Assembly: GCF_963921235.1 (NCBI RefSeq)
Contig: NC_086108.1
Coordinates: 103,480,001-103,544,000, forward strand
Direction: 5' to 3'
Source: Mobula hypostoma
Lineage: Eukaryota
Length of the DNA: 64,000 bases
Positions 12,446 through 25,704 of this stretch are shown here, piece after piece (positions within the stretch are counted from its first letter, which is position 1; each line of letters opens with the position of its first letter). The notes beneath the pieces were generated by a model. That model saw only the letters and a list, made by a program, of their open reading frames with translations. It had not been told where the DNA came from and did no database searches. A program made the position numbers and the translations under genes.

Positions 12446-12662
12446 CATATGGATATTGTGAGAACATGACCTCACTCAGTTCTACATTTGCTGTTAATAG
12501 CCTGCTGACACACACGATCCAAACAGAAATCAGTAAGGCACTGCAGGATGCCAGTGGGACTACATCCTATCAAGAATATTTATTTTTAATGATTTATGAT
12601 AATAAAGAAGTTTCACAACTATCAGTTTAATCTTCTTAGAAAGAAATGCCTCTGGGACCCAC

Positions 12663-12745
12663 CTGAACAATTTCCAGGCATCCCAGGAGAAGCGTAGGTG
12701 TCCCTGGACCCCGGTTAACGAAAGCTCTTGCAAAGTCCAGCTTTC
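12663..12745 (-). other. Candidate 83-nt exon of the host gene
   Basis: Minus strand reads gtttctctttttttgcaacttgtgacag|GAAAGC...GTTCAG|gtgggt; locally GC/CpG-rich unique sequence; two frames open but no protein recognised. Confidence 0.4.
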
Positions 12746-12769
12746 CTGTCACAAGTTGCAAAAAAAGAG

Positions 12770-13090
12770 AAACTTGCATTTATATAGCACCTTGCACAAC
12801 CTCAGGATCCCCAAAGTGCCGGCAGAGTCGATGAAGTACTTTTGAAGCAAAGTTACTGAGGCCAATTTATTTAGTGACTGGTCATGCAAACAATAATGTT
12901 CTAACATACAAATAACCTGTCTTTACAACTCAAGGAACAAATGTAAGGTAGGACATCAAGATAACTCCCCTGCTTTTCTTCAAAACAGTGCCAAAGAAAC
13001 TTTTACATCCAACTTTGGAAGGAGGTATGGTCTCTGTTGAAAGGCTCATCATTTCTGGATGGAATTTGTGCATTCTCATTCTCAGGAAAC
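12770..13090 (-). mobile_element. DeuSINE (SacSINE1/AmnSINE1-like)
   Basis: aacttgcatttatatagcacc...ctcaggatccccaaagtgc and ctcccctgcttttcttcaaaacagtgcc...ttttacatcca match my recall of the reverse Deu domain and tail. Confidence 0.7.
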
Positions 13091-13291
13091 AGTGCTACCT
13101 AAACTACAAAAGCACACACCTTGGAGAAAAATGGCAGAGCTGAACAAAGCAATTCCAGATTTTAACTCAGTGGTCCAGGACCCCAGACCCACTACCTACG
13201 GGTTTCTTAACTTGCAGAGAAGGTTGGACAGGAATCACTTGGCAAATCCTCATTAATTTTGCCAAACATCTGATGTATTCTGAGGTATACA

Positions 13292-15840
13292 AAATAGACA
13301 ATAGACAATAGGTGCAGGAGTAGGCCATTCGCCCCATCGAGCCAGCACCACCATTCACTGTGATCATGACTGATCATCCACAATCAGTACCCCGTTCCTG
13401 CCTTCTCCCCATATCCCTATACTCCGCTATCATTAAGAGCGCTATTTAACTCTTTCTTGAAAGCATCCAGAGAATTGGCCTCCACTGCCTTCTGAGGCAG
13501 AGCATTCCACAGATCCACAACTCTCTGGGTGAAAAAGTTTTTCCTCAGCTCCGTTCTAAATGGCCTACCCCTTATTCTTAAACTATGGCCTTTGGTTCTG
13601 GACTCCCCCAACATCGTGAACATGTTTCCTGCCTCTAATGTGTCCAATCCCTTAATAATCAGATCTCCTCTCATCCTTCTAAATTCCAGTGTATACAAGC
13701 CCAGTCGCTCCAATCTTTCAACATATGACAGTCCCACCATCCCCAGAATTAACCTCGTGAACCTCCACTGCACTACCTCAATAGCAAGAATGTCCTTCCT
13801 CAAATTTGGAGGCCAATACTGTACACAATACTCCAGGCGTGGTCTCACCAGGGCCCTGTACAACTGCAGAAGGACCTCTTTGCTCCTATACTCAACTCCC
13901 CTTGTTATGAAGGTCAACATGCCATTAGTTTTCTTCACTGCCTGCTGTACCTGCATGCTTACTTTCAGTGACTGATGAACAAGGACACCTAGATCTCGTT
14001 GTACTTCCCCTTTTCCTAACTTGTCACCATTCAAATAGTAATCTGCCTTCCTGTTCTTGCCACCAAAGTGGATAACCTCACATTTATTCACATTAATCTG
14101 CATCTGCCATGCATCTGCCCACTCACCCAACCTGTCCAAGACATCCTGCATTATCTCAACATCCTCCACACATTTCACACTGCCACCCAGCTTTGTGGCA
14201 TCTGCAAATTTGCTAATGTCACCCTTAATCCCCTCATCTAACTCATTAATGTATATTGTAAATAGCTGCGGTCCCAGCACCGAGCCTTGTGGTACCCCAC
14301 TAGTCACCACCTGCCATTCTGAAAGGGACCCGTTAATCCCTACTCTTTGTTTCCTGTCTGCCAACCAATTTTCTATCCATGTCAGTACCCTACCCCTAAT
14401 ACCATGTGCTCTAATTTTGCCCATTGATCTCCCATGTGGGACCATATCAAAGGCTTTCTGAAAGTCCAGGTACACTACATCCACTGACTCTCCCTTGTCC
14501 ATTTTCATAGTTACATCCTCAAAAAATTCCAGAAGATTAGACAAGCATGATTTCCCCTTCGTAAGTCCACGCTGACTTGGACCAATCCTATTACTGCTAT
14601 CCAAATGTGCCGCTATTTCATCCTTTATAATTGACTCCAGCATCTTCCCCACCACTGATGTCAGGCTAACTGGTCTATAATTCCCTGTTTTCTCTCTCCC
14701 TCCTTTCTTAAAAAGTGGAATAACATTAGCTACCCTCCAGTCCTCAGGAACTGATCCTGAATCTATAGAACATGGGAAATAATTACCAATGCGTCCACGA
14801 TTTCTAGAGCCACCTCCTTTAAGTACCCTGGGGTGCAGACTATCAGGCCCTGGGGATTTATCAGCCTTCAGTCCCATCAGTCTATCCAACACCATTTTCT
14901 GCCTAATGTGAATCTCCTTCAGTTCCTCCATTACCCTAGGTCCTCCAGCCACTATTACATCTGGGAGATTGTTTGTATCTTCCCTAGTGAAGACAGATCC
15001 AAAGTACCTGTTCAACTCATCTGCCATTTCCTTGTTCCCCATAATAAATTCACCCGTTTCTGTCTTCAAGGGTCCAACTTTGGTCTCAACTAATTTTTTC
15101 CTCTTCACATACCTAAAGAAGCTTTTACTATCCTCCTTTATATTCTTGGTTAGCTTGCCTTCGTATCTCATCGTTTCTCCCCATATTGCCTTTTTAGTTA
15201 TCCACTGTTGCTCTTTAAAAGCTTCCCAATACTCTGGCTTCCCGCTCATCTTTGCTATATTATACTTCTTCTCTTTTATTTTTATACTGTCCTTGACTTC
15301 CTTTGTCAGCCACGGTCACCCCTTACTTCCCTTAGAATCTTTCTTCCTCTTTGGAATGAACTGATCTTGCACCTTCTGTGTTATTCCCAGAAATACCTGC
15401 CATTGTTGTTCCACTATCATCCCTGCTAGGGTATCTTTCCAGTTAACTTTGGCCAGCTCCTCCCTCATGGCTCCATAGTCCCATTTGTTCAACTGCAATA
15501 CTGACACTTCCGATTTTCCCTTCTCCCTCTCAAATTGTAGATTAAAACATATCATATTATGGTCACTACCTCCTAATGGCTCCTTTACTTCGAGTTCCCT
15601 TATCAAATCAGGTTCATTACACAACACTAAATCCGGAATTGCCTACTCCCTGGTAGGTTCCAGTCCAAGTTGCTCTAAGAATCCATCTTGGAGGCACTCC
15701 ACAAACTCTCTTTCTTGGAGTCCAGTACCAACCTGATTTTCCCTGTCTACCTGCATGTTAAAATCCCCCATAACAACCACAGCATAACCTTTGCGACATG
15801 CCAATTTTAACTCTTGATTCAACTTGCACCCTATATCCAT
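13292..15840 (-). mobile_element. 5'-truncated CR1 LINE, comparatively young
   Basis: (caataga)n tail at 13292-13311; APE motifs VMGDFN and LGGSDHN; long RT ORF. Confidence 0.95.
13417..15249 (-). pseudogene. CR1 ORF2 reverse transcriptase region (610-aa open stretch, catalytically defective)
   Basis: NYRPVSLTSVVGK, YLDFQKAFD, SGVPQGSVLGP; FADD is mutated to FADA; the upstream APE region is frameshifted. Confidence 0.9.
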
Positions 15841-15967
15841 AAAATGAAGGGTATTGATGGGGTAAATGCAAGCAGGCTGCATCCACTGAGACTAGAACTA
15901 GGTAGATTAATAGTTCAGCACGGACCAGATGGGCCAAAGAGCCTGTCCCTGTACTACAGTGTTCTAT

Positions 15968-16370
15968 GTCAGTGGCAGGGTGGAGACACGTTTCTACCAA
16001 AGGAGGTGCCAGGTGTTCCTTCCCTCCACTAGCTTGCAGGTCACCCTTGACCAAGGTGCATCAACTGCTCAGTACCTCACCCCCACCAATCTGGGTCACG
16101 TGAAGCCATGGTAGCAGGTGGTGAATGGTCATATGGATAGTGCACATCACAAGTCCAGGTTATATGACCACTGACATCAGACAGACAATCTCTGAAGAGT
16201 ATTGATAATGGCTGGGGTCACCCGTCTTGTAAAGACACAGCCCAGAAGGCGGCCTGAGCAAACTTTTCTACAAAACCATTATGGTCATGGTTAGAGAAAA
16301 CAATAGCAGAGTAACAGATTAAAGGCAGATGGAAGACCATAATTGCCCATGTCATATGACGCAGTACATC
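15968..16370 (+). mobile_element. RTE-related non-autonomous element
   Basis: gacaatctctgaagagtattgataatggctggggtcacccgtcttg is shared with the minus copy at 4066-4264. Confidence 0.55.
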
Positions 16371-17249
16371 CAGTCAGCAAAGTCCCGATCACTTGCAGGA
16401 AGTAACGCAAACAATCCCGGTGTATGCTGAAATGGCACACGCTCTCAAAAGTAAGTATGCCCAGTTTCACTTAGCTTGGATGAGACACAACTTCTAGAGA
16501 CATTTATCTTTTTAGTTACCACTACATATTTTATATGCCAGTGCCACAAACTAGGAAGTCAGAAAACTGCAGCACATGAAAACAGGCCCTTCAGCCCCTC
16601 TAGTCCATTCCAGCCTGATCTCTTGTCTAGTCCTATCCACCTGCACCCAGGCCACATCTCCCCCAAATCGCTTCCATCCAAATAACCTATCAGGTTAGAA
16701 AAATGCAGGAAGAACAGTCCATCTTTAATAGATATAAGAAGAAGAGGTTTGATCAATAAGTTTTCAGTGGACACAAAGATTGTGGTGTAGTCTTGGGTAT
16801 AGTATAGTACACTATTGATCAGTTGGCAATTTGGGCAAGGTGATGATAGATGGAACTTCACCCTCATGTGAGGTGATGCATTTTAGACCTAAAAAGGGTG
16901 GGATATATACCACAAATGGTAGGGACCTGGGGAGTAATGACAAACAAAAGGATCTTAGCGGACAGGTTCAAAGACTCCCAGGGGTTGGCAGCACAGGATG
17001 GAAAAGACAATACTATGCCTTCATTAGTCATAGCATAGTGTATAAGAGCACGGAGGACTTAGTATAATTTTAAAACATTGGTTAGCCCACAGCTGGTATA
17101 CAGCCTGTGGTGCACCTGTGCTAACGGAGATTGTGGAGACGTTATTGCCTAACTGAACGGACTGGGGTGTGCAAATGAGGAAATCAGGATCCAATTGCAC
17201 AAGGAGTTATTGAGGCCAAGGACTTGAAGCTTATTGATTGAAATTTTGC

Positions 17250-17680
17250 CAAGGTGGCGCCAGTGAACCAAAGTTGCAGGCTGTTAACAAAACTTCTAAA
17301 TATACCCTCTTTTGAATTAATCTCACTGCAATATGCAGCATGTAATTTCCCTTTAAGCAATGTACTTTTGAACCATCTTAATAAACTAACGATTTCATGA
17401 TCTTCTGAAGGACTCAGTGTACTTAACTCTCAAGTATGCAGGAACAGCACCCTTAAGCAGACAAAGGTGCATCCCCATTGCTGGAAAAGAGGGAGGAAGG
17501 GAGGATTCCAAGCTAGGCTGAAAGGCCAAGCAATAGAAGTTCCTCTGTGTAGCATCCTGTTAGCAAATGTAGTGTTGCTAGAGAACTAGACTGAGAACTT
17601 TAAGGACAAGATTGCTGTATCAGAGGGGAATGAGGAATTGCTGCATTACGTGTTTCATGGAGGCACTGTCCACTCTGAAC
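17250..17680 (+). mobile_element. Rex1/Babar LINE 5' end (APE N-terminus)
   Basis: GKRGRKGGFQARLK...SILLANV..LEN...LYQRGMRNCC...F.E motifs. Confidence 0.65.
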
Positions 17681-17809
17681 CCTTCCATTATTTTGTACTG
17701 TGTTTAGTTCAAATTTCCACACAATGGTAGGAAAGACTGCACTTGAGAGGGCACAGAGGAAACTCAACAGGACACTGCCTGGACAGGCTGGGTTTGTTTT
17801 CCTGGGTCC

Positions 17810-18350
17810 TAACAGAATCACATAACAATACAGCAAAGATACAGGCCCTTCAGCCTAACTAGTCCTTGCCGATCACATTGTCCACACAACTCGTCCCCAC
17901 TTCCTCCATACACCCCATTTCTCCAAAGCCCTGCCCCTCCACGTGCTTCTTAAATGAACCACTTCCACTCACAGTGGCAGGTCATTCCGTACATTCATTA
18001 CCATTTGTGTGAAAAAAAATTGTCCCTCAGGTCCCTTTTAAACCTTTCCCCTCTCATCCTACATGGCCTCTAGTTTTAGACTCCCCTACCCCGGGGAAAA
18101 GACTGTTATCATCCACTTTATCTATGCCGCTCATAATTTTGAGCATAAGGTCACTCCTCTTCTCCTACTTTTCAAGGAAAAAAGACATAACGTCACCAAA
18201 CCTCTCTATAACTTAGGCCCTCTGTTCTTAGCAACATCCTTGCAAATCTTTTCTAAACTCTTTTCACATTAACCATGTCTTTCATATAAAAGGGCAAGCA
18301 AAACTATACACAGTACTGTGTGGCCTCACCAATGACTTACACAATTGGAA
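17810..18350 (-). mobile_element. CR1 LINE 3' fragment
   Basis: Reverse CR1 3' UTR (acaggcccttcagcc) and a decayed RPH.QYC region. Confidence 0.6.
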
Positions 18351-20799
18351 CAAAATGCCCTAAGTGAAGGGCAGTCTGCTCTATGCCCTTTATGCATTCA
18401 CATCCATATTATTTATATGAATATCAAATGAATCAATTTTGAATCCACATCACCAGCTCTCCCTGGATTCTGTGGGACCTAATCTTCCAGACCAGCCTGC
18501 CATGCAGGACCTTGTTGAAGTCCTTACTAAAGTATGGTATATGAAAGTATGGGAGGGATAGATAGGGTAAATACCTAGAGATGTCAAAGACTAGAGTACA
18601 CAGCTTTAAAGCAAGATCTGTAGGGATGGAGGAAGAAATCTTTCATCCAGAGATTGGTTACAACCAGGAAAATTTCACTGATAGGCAGAGACTCTAAAGA
18701 CATCTTAAAAAGCAGCTCATCAGGCACCTGAATCATCAAGATATAGTCAGTTATAGACCAAGTACTATAAATGAGAAAAACAAAAGCTGACAGATTCTGG
18801 AATCCAAAATAACCAATCTGCTGAAGGAACTCGGCGGGCCCAACAAGTATCTGTGTAGGGAGAAGGATGATTAACATTTCAGGTAGAAATCCTGCATCGG
18901 GATTAGTATACGAACAGGATGGTCAATGTGAAAATAATCAACTAATGGGTCTTTTTTCTGTTTTAAATAATACAACAGATGGGCTCCAGTCATTTATCTC
19001 AGACACTGAGATAAACATATCAGACAATAGGCAATGATCTTTACACAGCGGGTCCTTCTTTGCATGGCTATAAGGTCAATTACTATTTACTCTGAGCAAT
19101 ACGTCATGAGGTTTCACACAGACAAATAATTTCATCATTTTTAAAAAAATACTCAGAATCAAAATGAAATTGTATGGTGTCTCGGCTTCAGTATCTGCCA
19201 ATATATATTTCAGTCAATAAGTCCTACTTTGAGATCCTGTAAATCTTGATGCACTATTGCTAGCAACAATATGGTAACCAGACAAGCAAAAATTCAGCTC
19301 AATACCCCTCTACTTTTACCTCATCAGGCAGGTGATCCCAGGTTAGAAGGGTTGCATTCCTAGAGAACTGTCTGTAACCCCACATTATACACAGAGATGC
19401 TTCTTAGATGCTTAACACTCATATTAAGACACTTTATCAGTGATGAGAAAGTGATCCATTGTTTAACAACTGATACCAACATTAGACTGAGGGAAGATAG
19501 TCAAGGCTTGTACAAAATAAATAATAAATTCTCTCTATTTTTATTTTTAGTTTCAGTAGTGTGGGCATGAAGACTTGGATATGATGTCATGCATCAAATG
19601 GGTTACAGACACAGTGATGTTCCACCATTGCATCCTCTCTGCACTCTGTGAACACATGAACAGACAGTAGCCCTGCTGCACTCCTGACGCACAGGCTCAA
19701 GGATTAGGAGAGGGTTTAGGAAGTAGTGTTATCAGGGGAAGGGATAAGGTTTGGGGTTCTTGGAAGAAAGGTGGTATAAAAGGACTTCAGTAGTTTGTTC
19801 ACAAGGTTAGAGAGGGCAAAGGGGGAATTTGTCTGACAGTGCAGTGTGGCTATGCTATTCATCTGTGAGGCATTTTCTCTGACGATTTTCACTTTGTAGG
19901 AAACCATGACCAGATTCTTATAATAATCCCTTGGCTTTTACTTCAACTAAGTCACCATGCTAGCCCCCAAACTCCTTTTACACCAACACACACAAAATTC
20001 TGGAGGAACTCAGCAAGTCAGGCAGGACTTGCTGGAGAGGAACAATCAATCAACCAACATTTCAGATTGAGACCCTTCATCAGGACCACATTTCTACACC
20101 AATGAGAAATGCATGGTGAAACTATCATAATTCTTAAACTCCTGCTCAGGAAGCATAAGAAATTAATCTTTACTACAGTGAAAATTGCATTCAAACACCT
20201 CAATCTCAGTCCTACTTGAAGCAAACCTCCTCATCTCTAAAGTGGGCAGCTCAATTTGCTATAAGTTACAGACTCCTGGTATAAGGTTCCTGGTGCTATG
20301 GGCTAACCCCAGGTACCATATGGCCAGCGACAAGACCTCAACTCTCTCTACATTTCGTGAAACGTTTGAAGACCCACTCTGTTGATAGCAAATCAATACC
20401 CAAAGCAATTAAAGAAAGGTCTACTGCAGATGGGTTCTATGCAGGATATGGTACTTTTGACCTTGTTTTAAAAATATGTAACCTTTTTTATCCAGTTAAA
20501 CTGTAAGTGTAATTGGTGGGTATAGTGGAGGGAGAGAGAAGACGTTGAACACACAGGTAATCTTGCATTATGGGGGAGATGCATTTTTAGAAAATGGTCC
20601 ATATTGCAATTTTCTGTCGTGCAATTTTGTATCATTGGTGTATGCAAAGACTTGATTTGAAAAGAATATCCTCTATCTCAAAATTTTTGGATAGCACTCT
20701 GTAAATTCTTTTAAGGGTGAATTTCCATTGCCTAAATGGCTGTAAACTGAGAAGATCTTAAGGAGGCAGGGTATATTGTATATTGGTGGGCAACAGAGA

Positions 20800-22090
20800 C
20801 CATTAAGGTCAATAATCTTCAAGACCTTGGCCTCAATACTTCCTTGTGCAACAGCTTCCTCGATTTTTTTCCACTTGCAGACCTGTCAGCTTGGATTGGC
20901 AACAACATCTCCTCCACAATCTCCATCAGCACAGGTGCACCACAAGGCTGTGCGCTTTGCCACCTGCTCTACTTGCTTTACACTTGTGACTGAAGTTAAG
21001 TAAAGCTCCAATGTCATATAATTGGTGTGCTAACAAAACTCCGTCACTGGCCAAATCAAAGGTGGTGATGAAGCAGCATAATCAGAAGACTGAAAATCTG
21101 GCTGAATGGTGCCACAACCTCTCACTCAATGTCAGCAAAACCAAACTGCTGATTATTGACTACAAAAGGAGAAAACAGGTCCTCATCAGAGGTGGAGAGG
21201 GTCAGCAGCTTTAAATTCCTTCCCATTATCATTTCAGAGGATCTGTCCTTGGCCCAGCACGTAATGCCATGACAAAAAAGAGCACAGCAGTGCCTCTACT
21301 TTATTAGAATTTTGCAAAGATTCAACATGTCATCTAATACCTTGACAAACTTTGACAGATGTGCGGTGGAGAGAATACTGGCCGATTGCATCAGAGCCAC
21401 ACTCACATCCCCATCTACATCAACGGAGCTGTACTGGAGCGTGTATCAAGCTTCAAATTCCTTGGTGTCCACATTTCCAAGGATCTCACCTGATCCCTGA
21501 ACTCCTCCATCACGATCAAAAAGGCACAACAGCGCCTTTATTTCCTGCGGAGCATCAAGAAAGCTCAGCTCTGTCCCAGGATACTGATGGACTTGTATCG
21601 CTGTACCATTGAGAGCACACTCATCAACAGTACCTCAGCGTGGCATGGCAATTGTCCCATATCAGACCGCAAAGCACTCCAGCATGTGGTGAAAACTGCC
21701 CGGCAGATTATCATCACCCAATTGCCCACCATTGAGAACATCAAGTTCAAGTACAGTTATTACCCCTCAAACATCAAGCTCTTGAATCAGTGGGAATAAT
21801 TTCTCTCACCCCAAAACTGAACTGTTCCTGGAACCCAACAAATCATTTTCCGGGACTCTTCATCTCATATCCTTGATGTTTATTGTTTATCTATCATTAT
21901 TATTTTGTTTGTGTTTTTCTTTTTGTATTTACAGTCTGTGGTCATTGCACAATTTTTTCCTATCTTGTATGCGTTTTTATAGATTCCATTATTTCTTTAT
22001 TCTACTGTGAATGCTTGCAAGAAAATGAATCTAAAGGGAGTATATGGCAACATATAAAATACTGTGTGATAATAAATTTACCATGAACTT
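20800..22090 (+). mobile_element. Rex1/Babar RT fragment fused to a second Rex1 subfamily copy
   Basis: STGAPQGC, WCHNLSLNVSKTK; the SFKFLG...KKAQQ...YRCTIES block occurs twice (about 21190-21390 and 21400-21740). Confidence 0.75.
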
Positions 22091-22674
22091 TTATTTGAAC
22101 CAAATTTCTTCCAATATCCCGATCATTCACCATAGCTGCACAAGTCTATGCAACAGTCTGAAGGTTGCAGTAATAACGTTGGATTCAATGTGCACTTCCA
22201 GTAAAAAATCAGATTCAGATTCAGCCAGGAAAAGTCCATTTCCCCAGTACATTAATTTCCAACACAGAATTCATTGTACCAGAAGTTCTCCAGACACTGA
22301 GGAACAGATTTTTTATGTTGTTAACTCGCAAATCTTTGTGTCTGCTACTCTGCCTTCCTGACCTCCTTTCAAGCCTTCATCTCATTTAAGCAATTATCTA
22401 CCATTGTGGAAATACAGAGACTGGTGCAGGTCAAATCCTTGTATCAGGTACAAATAGACTCAATTAATACAGAAAACAGTTCAAGCACCAGACAGCATTG
22501 TTGCTAGGAGCCATCAACTGGAAAGGCAGTTTAGTCCTATTTGAGACAGCTAAATCGTAGTGTTCATAACAGGTTTAATTATTATATGGAAAAAATTGCT
22601 ACTTGCCCCCTTAAAGAAAACATCCAGGTGTATGGGGACCTTTGTGAGAAGGTGGTTTTCAAAATAGTGAAACA

Positions 22675-23205
22675 CACTGAGAGGCCACTTTATTAGGTAC
22701 AGAGGCAGAATCCTGAGCAGTTTGTGCTGCTGTAACCCATCCATTTCAAGGTACAATGCGTTGTGCATTCAGATATGCTCTTCTGCACACCACTGTTGGT
22801 TATCTGAGTTACTGTCATCTTCCCATGAGCTTGAACCAGTCTGGGCATTCTCCTCTGACCTCTCTCATTAACAAGGCATTTTCGCCCACAGAACTCTTAT
22901 TCACTGGATTTTTTTTTTTGGTTTTGCACCATTCTCTGTAAACTCTGGAGACTGTTGTGCAAGAAAATCCCAGATCAGCAGTTTCTGAGATACTCAAACC
23001 AACCCATCTGGCATGAACAATCATTCCACAGTCAAAGTCACCAATCACATTTCTTCCTCATTCTGATGTTTGGTCAGAGGAACAACTGAACCCCTTGACC
23101 TTGTCTGCAAGCTTTCATACATTGAGCTGTTGCCACCTGACTGGCCAGTCAGATATTTGCATTAACAAGGTGTACAGGTGTACCTAATAATGTGACCACT
23201 GATTG
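22675..23205 (-). mobile_element. Complete non-autonomous Tc1 element
   Basis: TIRs cactgagaggccactttattaggtaca / tgtacctaataatgtgaccactgattg followed by TA; minus ORF DFDCGMIVHARWVGLSISETADLGFSCTTVSRVYREW (Tc1 HTH). Confidence 0.85.
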
Positions 23206-23304
23206 TAGTTTTTGTTATTTTCCCAAACAGAACAAATTACCCGTTTGCCTCAAATCATATGATAAAATCTATAACAAAGGATTTATTAACAAAATTCTGA
23301 GAAA

Positions 23305-25240
23305 AGATTCACACACAAAATGCTGGAGAAACTGAACAGTTCAGGCAGCGTCTATGCAAGTGGACATTTCCGGCTGAGACCCTTCATTGAGAGTGAGAAG
23401 GAAGGAGGAAAATGCCTGAATAAAAAGGTGGGGGAGGGGAAAGAGGCCAGCTGGAAGGTGATAAGTGAAGTCAGGTGGATGGGAAAGATCAAGGGTTAGA
23501 GAAGATATTAATCTGATAGGAGGAGAGAGGATAATAGGAGAAAGGGAAGAAGAGGGAGGTGAGACAGAGTGGGGTACAGAAGAAGTGGAGGAGTGGGGTG
23601 AAATTTGTTTACTGGAAGGAGAGGGAGAGAGAAAAAAATTGATATTCATGCCATCATGCTGGAGAGTACCCAGACAGAATACAAGATGTTGCTCCTCCAT
23701 CCTGAGGGTGGCCCTATCTTGGCGCAAGAGGGGGGTCTTGGATTGACACGTTGGCACTGAATCAAAATTAAAATATTTGGTCACCAGGAAGTCCCGCTTC
23801 TGGCAATGGAGCGGAGATACTCAACAAAGCAGTCCTCCAATTTACAATGGGTCTCACCAATGTACAGGAGGTCACATCAGGAGTACTGGACACATTAGAT
23901 GTCCCCAGCAGGTTGGCAGGCAGGGTGTTGCCTCATCTGAAAGGACTGTTTGGGGCCCTGAACAGAGGTAAGGGAAGGGGTATGTGGGCAGGAATACAGT
24001 GGACATTGCTCAGACAGATAGAAGATCTTGATTTTGCTGATGATTTGGCACTACTGTCACACAGTCATGCCCAGATGCAAGAGAAAATAGATCTTCTAGA
24101 CTCCACATTGCAGAAAATAGGGCTACACATTCATGTGGGGAAAACAAAATTACTAAAATTAAATACAGGAAACAACGCAGTTATCCTGAGAAATCTCCTC
24201 TAGAAGTTGAGTCATTTGTCTATCTGGGAAGTATTGTCAACAAGAAAGGAGGTACAGATGAGGATGTGAAGTCCAAGATCCAAAAAGCCAGAGAAGCTTT
24301 CATTATACTACGTCCAGTTTGGGCAGCAAATGAACTAAAGTCAAGAACCAAATTGAGAATCTTCAACTCAAATGTCAAATCTGTCCTCTGAAACTTGGAG
24401 ACTGACATCAAAAGTAATCAGAAAAATCCAGACCTTCATTAACAAATGCTTGCGTCAGATTTTGGGGCTAACATGGACAGATTCTGTGAACAATACAGAA
24501 TTATGGCAAAGGACCAACCAGACACCAATTGAGGCAGAGATCAAGGGAAGGAAGTGGTGCTGGATAGGACATACATTGAGGAAGCCCCCGAATAGTATCA
24601 CCAGACAAGCTCTCACATGGAATCCTCAGGGCAAGTGAAATCGAGGTACGTCCAAGTCCACATGGAGGAGGGAAGTGTTAACCAACACCAGGAAAGTGGG
24701 AATAACATGGTCACAGCTGGAGAGACATGCACAAGACAGGCTGAACTGGAACAAGGTTGTTGATGGCCGATGCTCACTTGTGAGTTGAAAAGCTGAAGAA
24801 GACGTGGGCAGGGGTAGCACTTAGGCCACTTGCAAGAATAGTGCCAGGAGGGAGCAACCTCTGTGGAAATTGGAGGGCGGGAGTAAGGTAAAGTTATGTT
24901 TAGTGGTGGGATCCCTTTGGAGATGCCAGAAGCTGCAAAGGATAATGTGTTGCAAATGGAGGCTGAAGGGATGGTAGGCAAGGACAAGAGAGACTAACAT
25001 TATTAAGGTAACAGGACAATAGGCTGAACGCAGATGTACAGGAAATGGAGGAGATGCAGGTGAGGGCAACACCAATAGTGGAGAGAGAGAAATCCCATTC
25101 ATAAAGGGGAGAACATCTCTGATGTCCTGGAACAGAAAGCTGCATCCTGGGAACAGATATGGTGGAGGCAAAGAAACTGAGAAAACGGAATAGCATTTTT
25201 ACAGGAGATAAGAGTGGGAAGAGGTACAGTCAAGATAAAA
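23305..25240 (-). mobile_element. Penelope-like element (RT C-terminus, GIY-YIG, pLTR), split by an RTE insertion
   Basis: Minus ORFs RMEEQHLVFCLGTLQHDGMNINF and LQHIILCSFWHLQRDPTTKH; pLTR at 23305-23400. Confidence 0.85.
23993..24803 (+). mobile_element. 5'-truncated RTE-clade LINE (SR3/Perere-3-like)
   Basis: [51 protein letters not shown]; (gaa)n tail; TSD gtgggcagg at 23984-23992 and 24804-24812. Confidence 0.9.
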
Positions 25241-25704
25241 GTCAGAAATAAGTTTACAAAGATGGCCGTAAAGGGGCTTCAAGGGAATTTGAGCAAGCTG
25301 AGTGACTAGGTAAGAACATGGGTGATATAATGAGGGAAAATGAGTGTTCATCCACTTTGGTGTACAAAATCAGGTAATTCTGAAATGACGAGAAAGCAAA
25401 CAATGTTACTATTTAAACGGGCTTGGTTGTGCTTGCAAATTGCAATAATAATATGAATGTGCAGTGAATATTTAGTTATGTAGCACTCTTTGGCCCAGCA
25501 TGCCCATGCGAAACTTTTCTAATGTACCTGTCCAAACAGGTTTTAAATGTTGTAATTGTACCTGCCTCTACCAACTCATCCATGTACTGATCACAGCAAA
25601 AAAAAAATTCTCTCAGTTCCCCTTAAATCTATGACCTGTAGTTTTAGACTTCCCTACCCAGGGAAAGAAACAGTGACCGTCTACCTAATCTCTGCCCCTC
25701 ATGA

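Noticed and set aside
20552..20760. Possible Tigger-like terminus (caggtaatcttgcattatgg)
   Set aside because: I could not find a matching second TIR or TA duplication.
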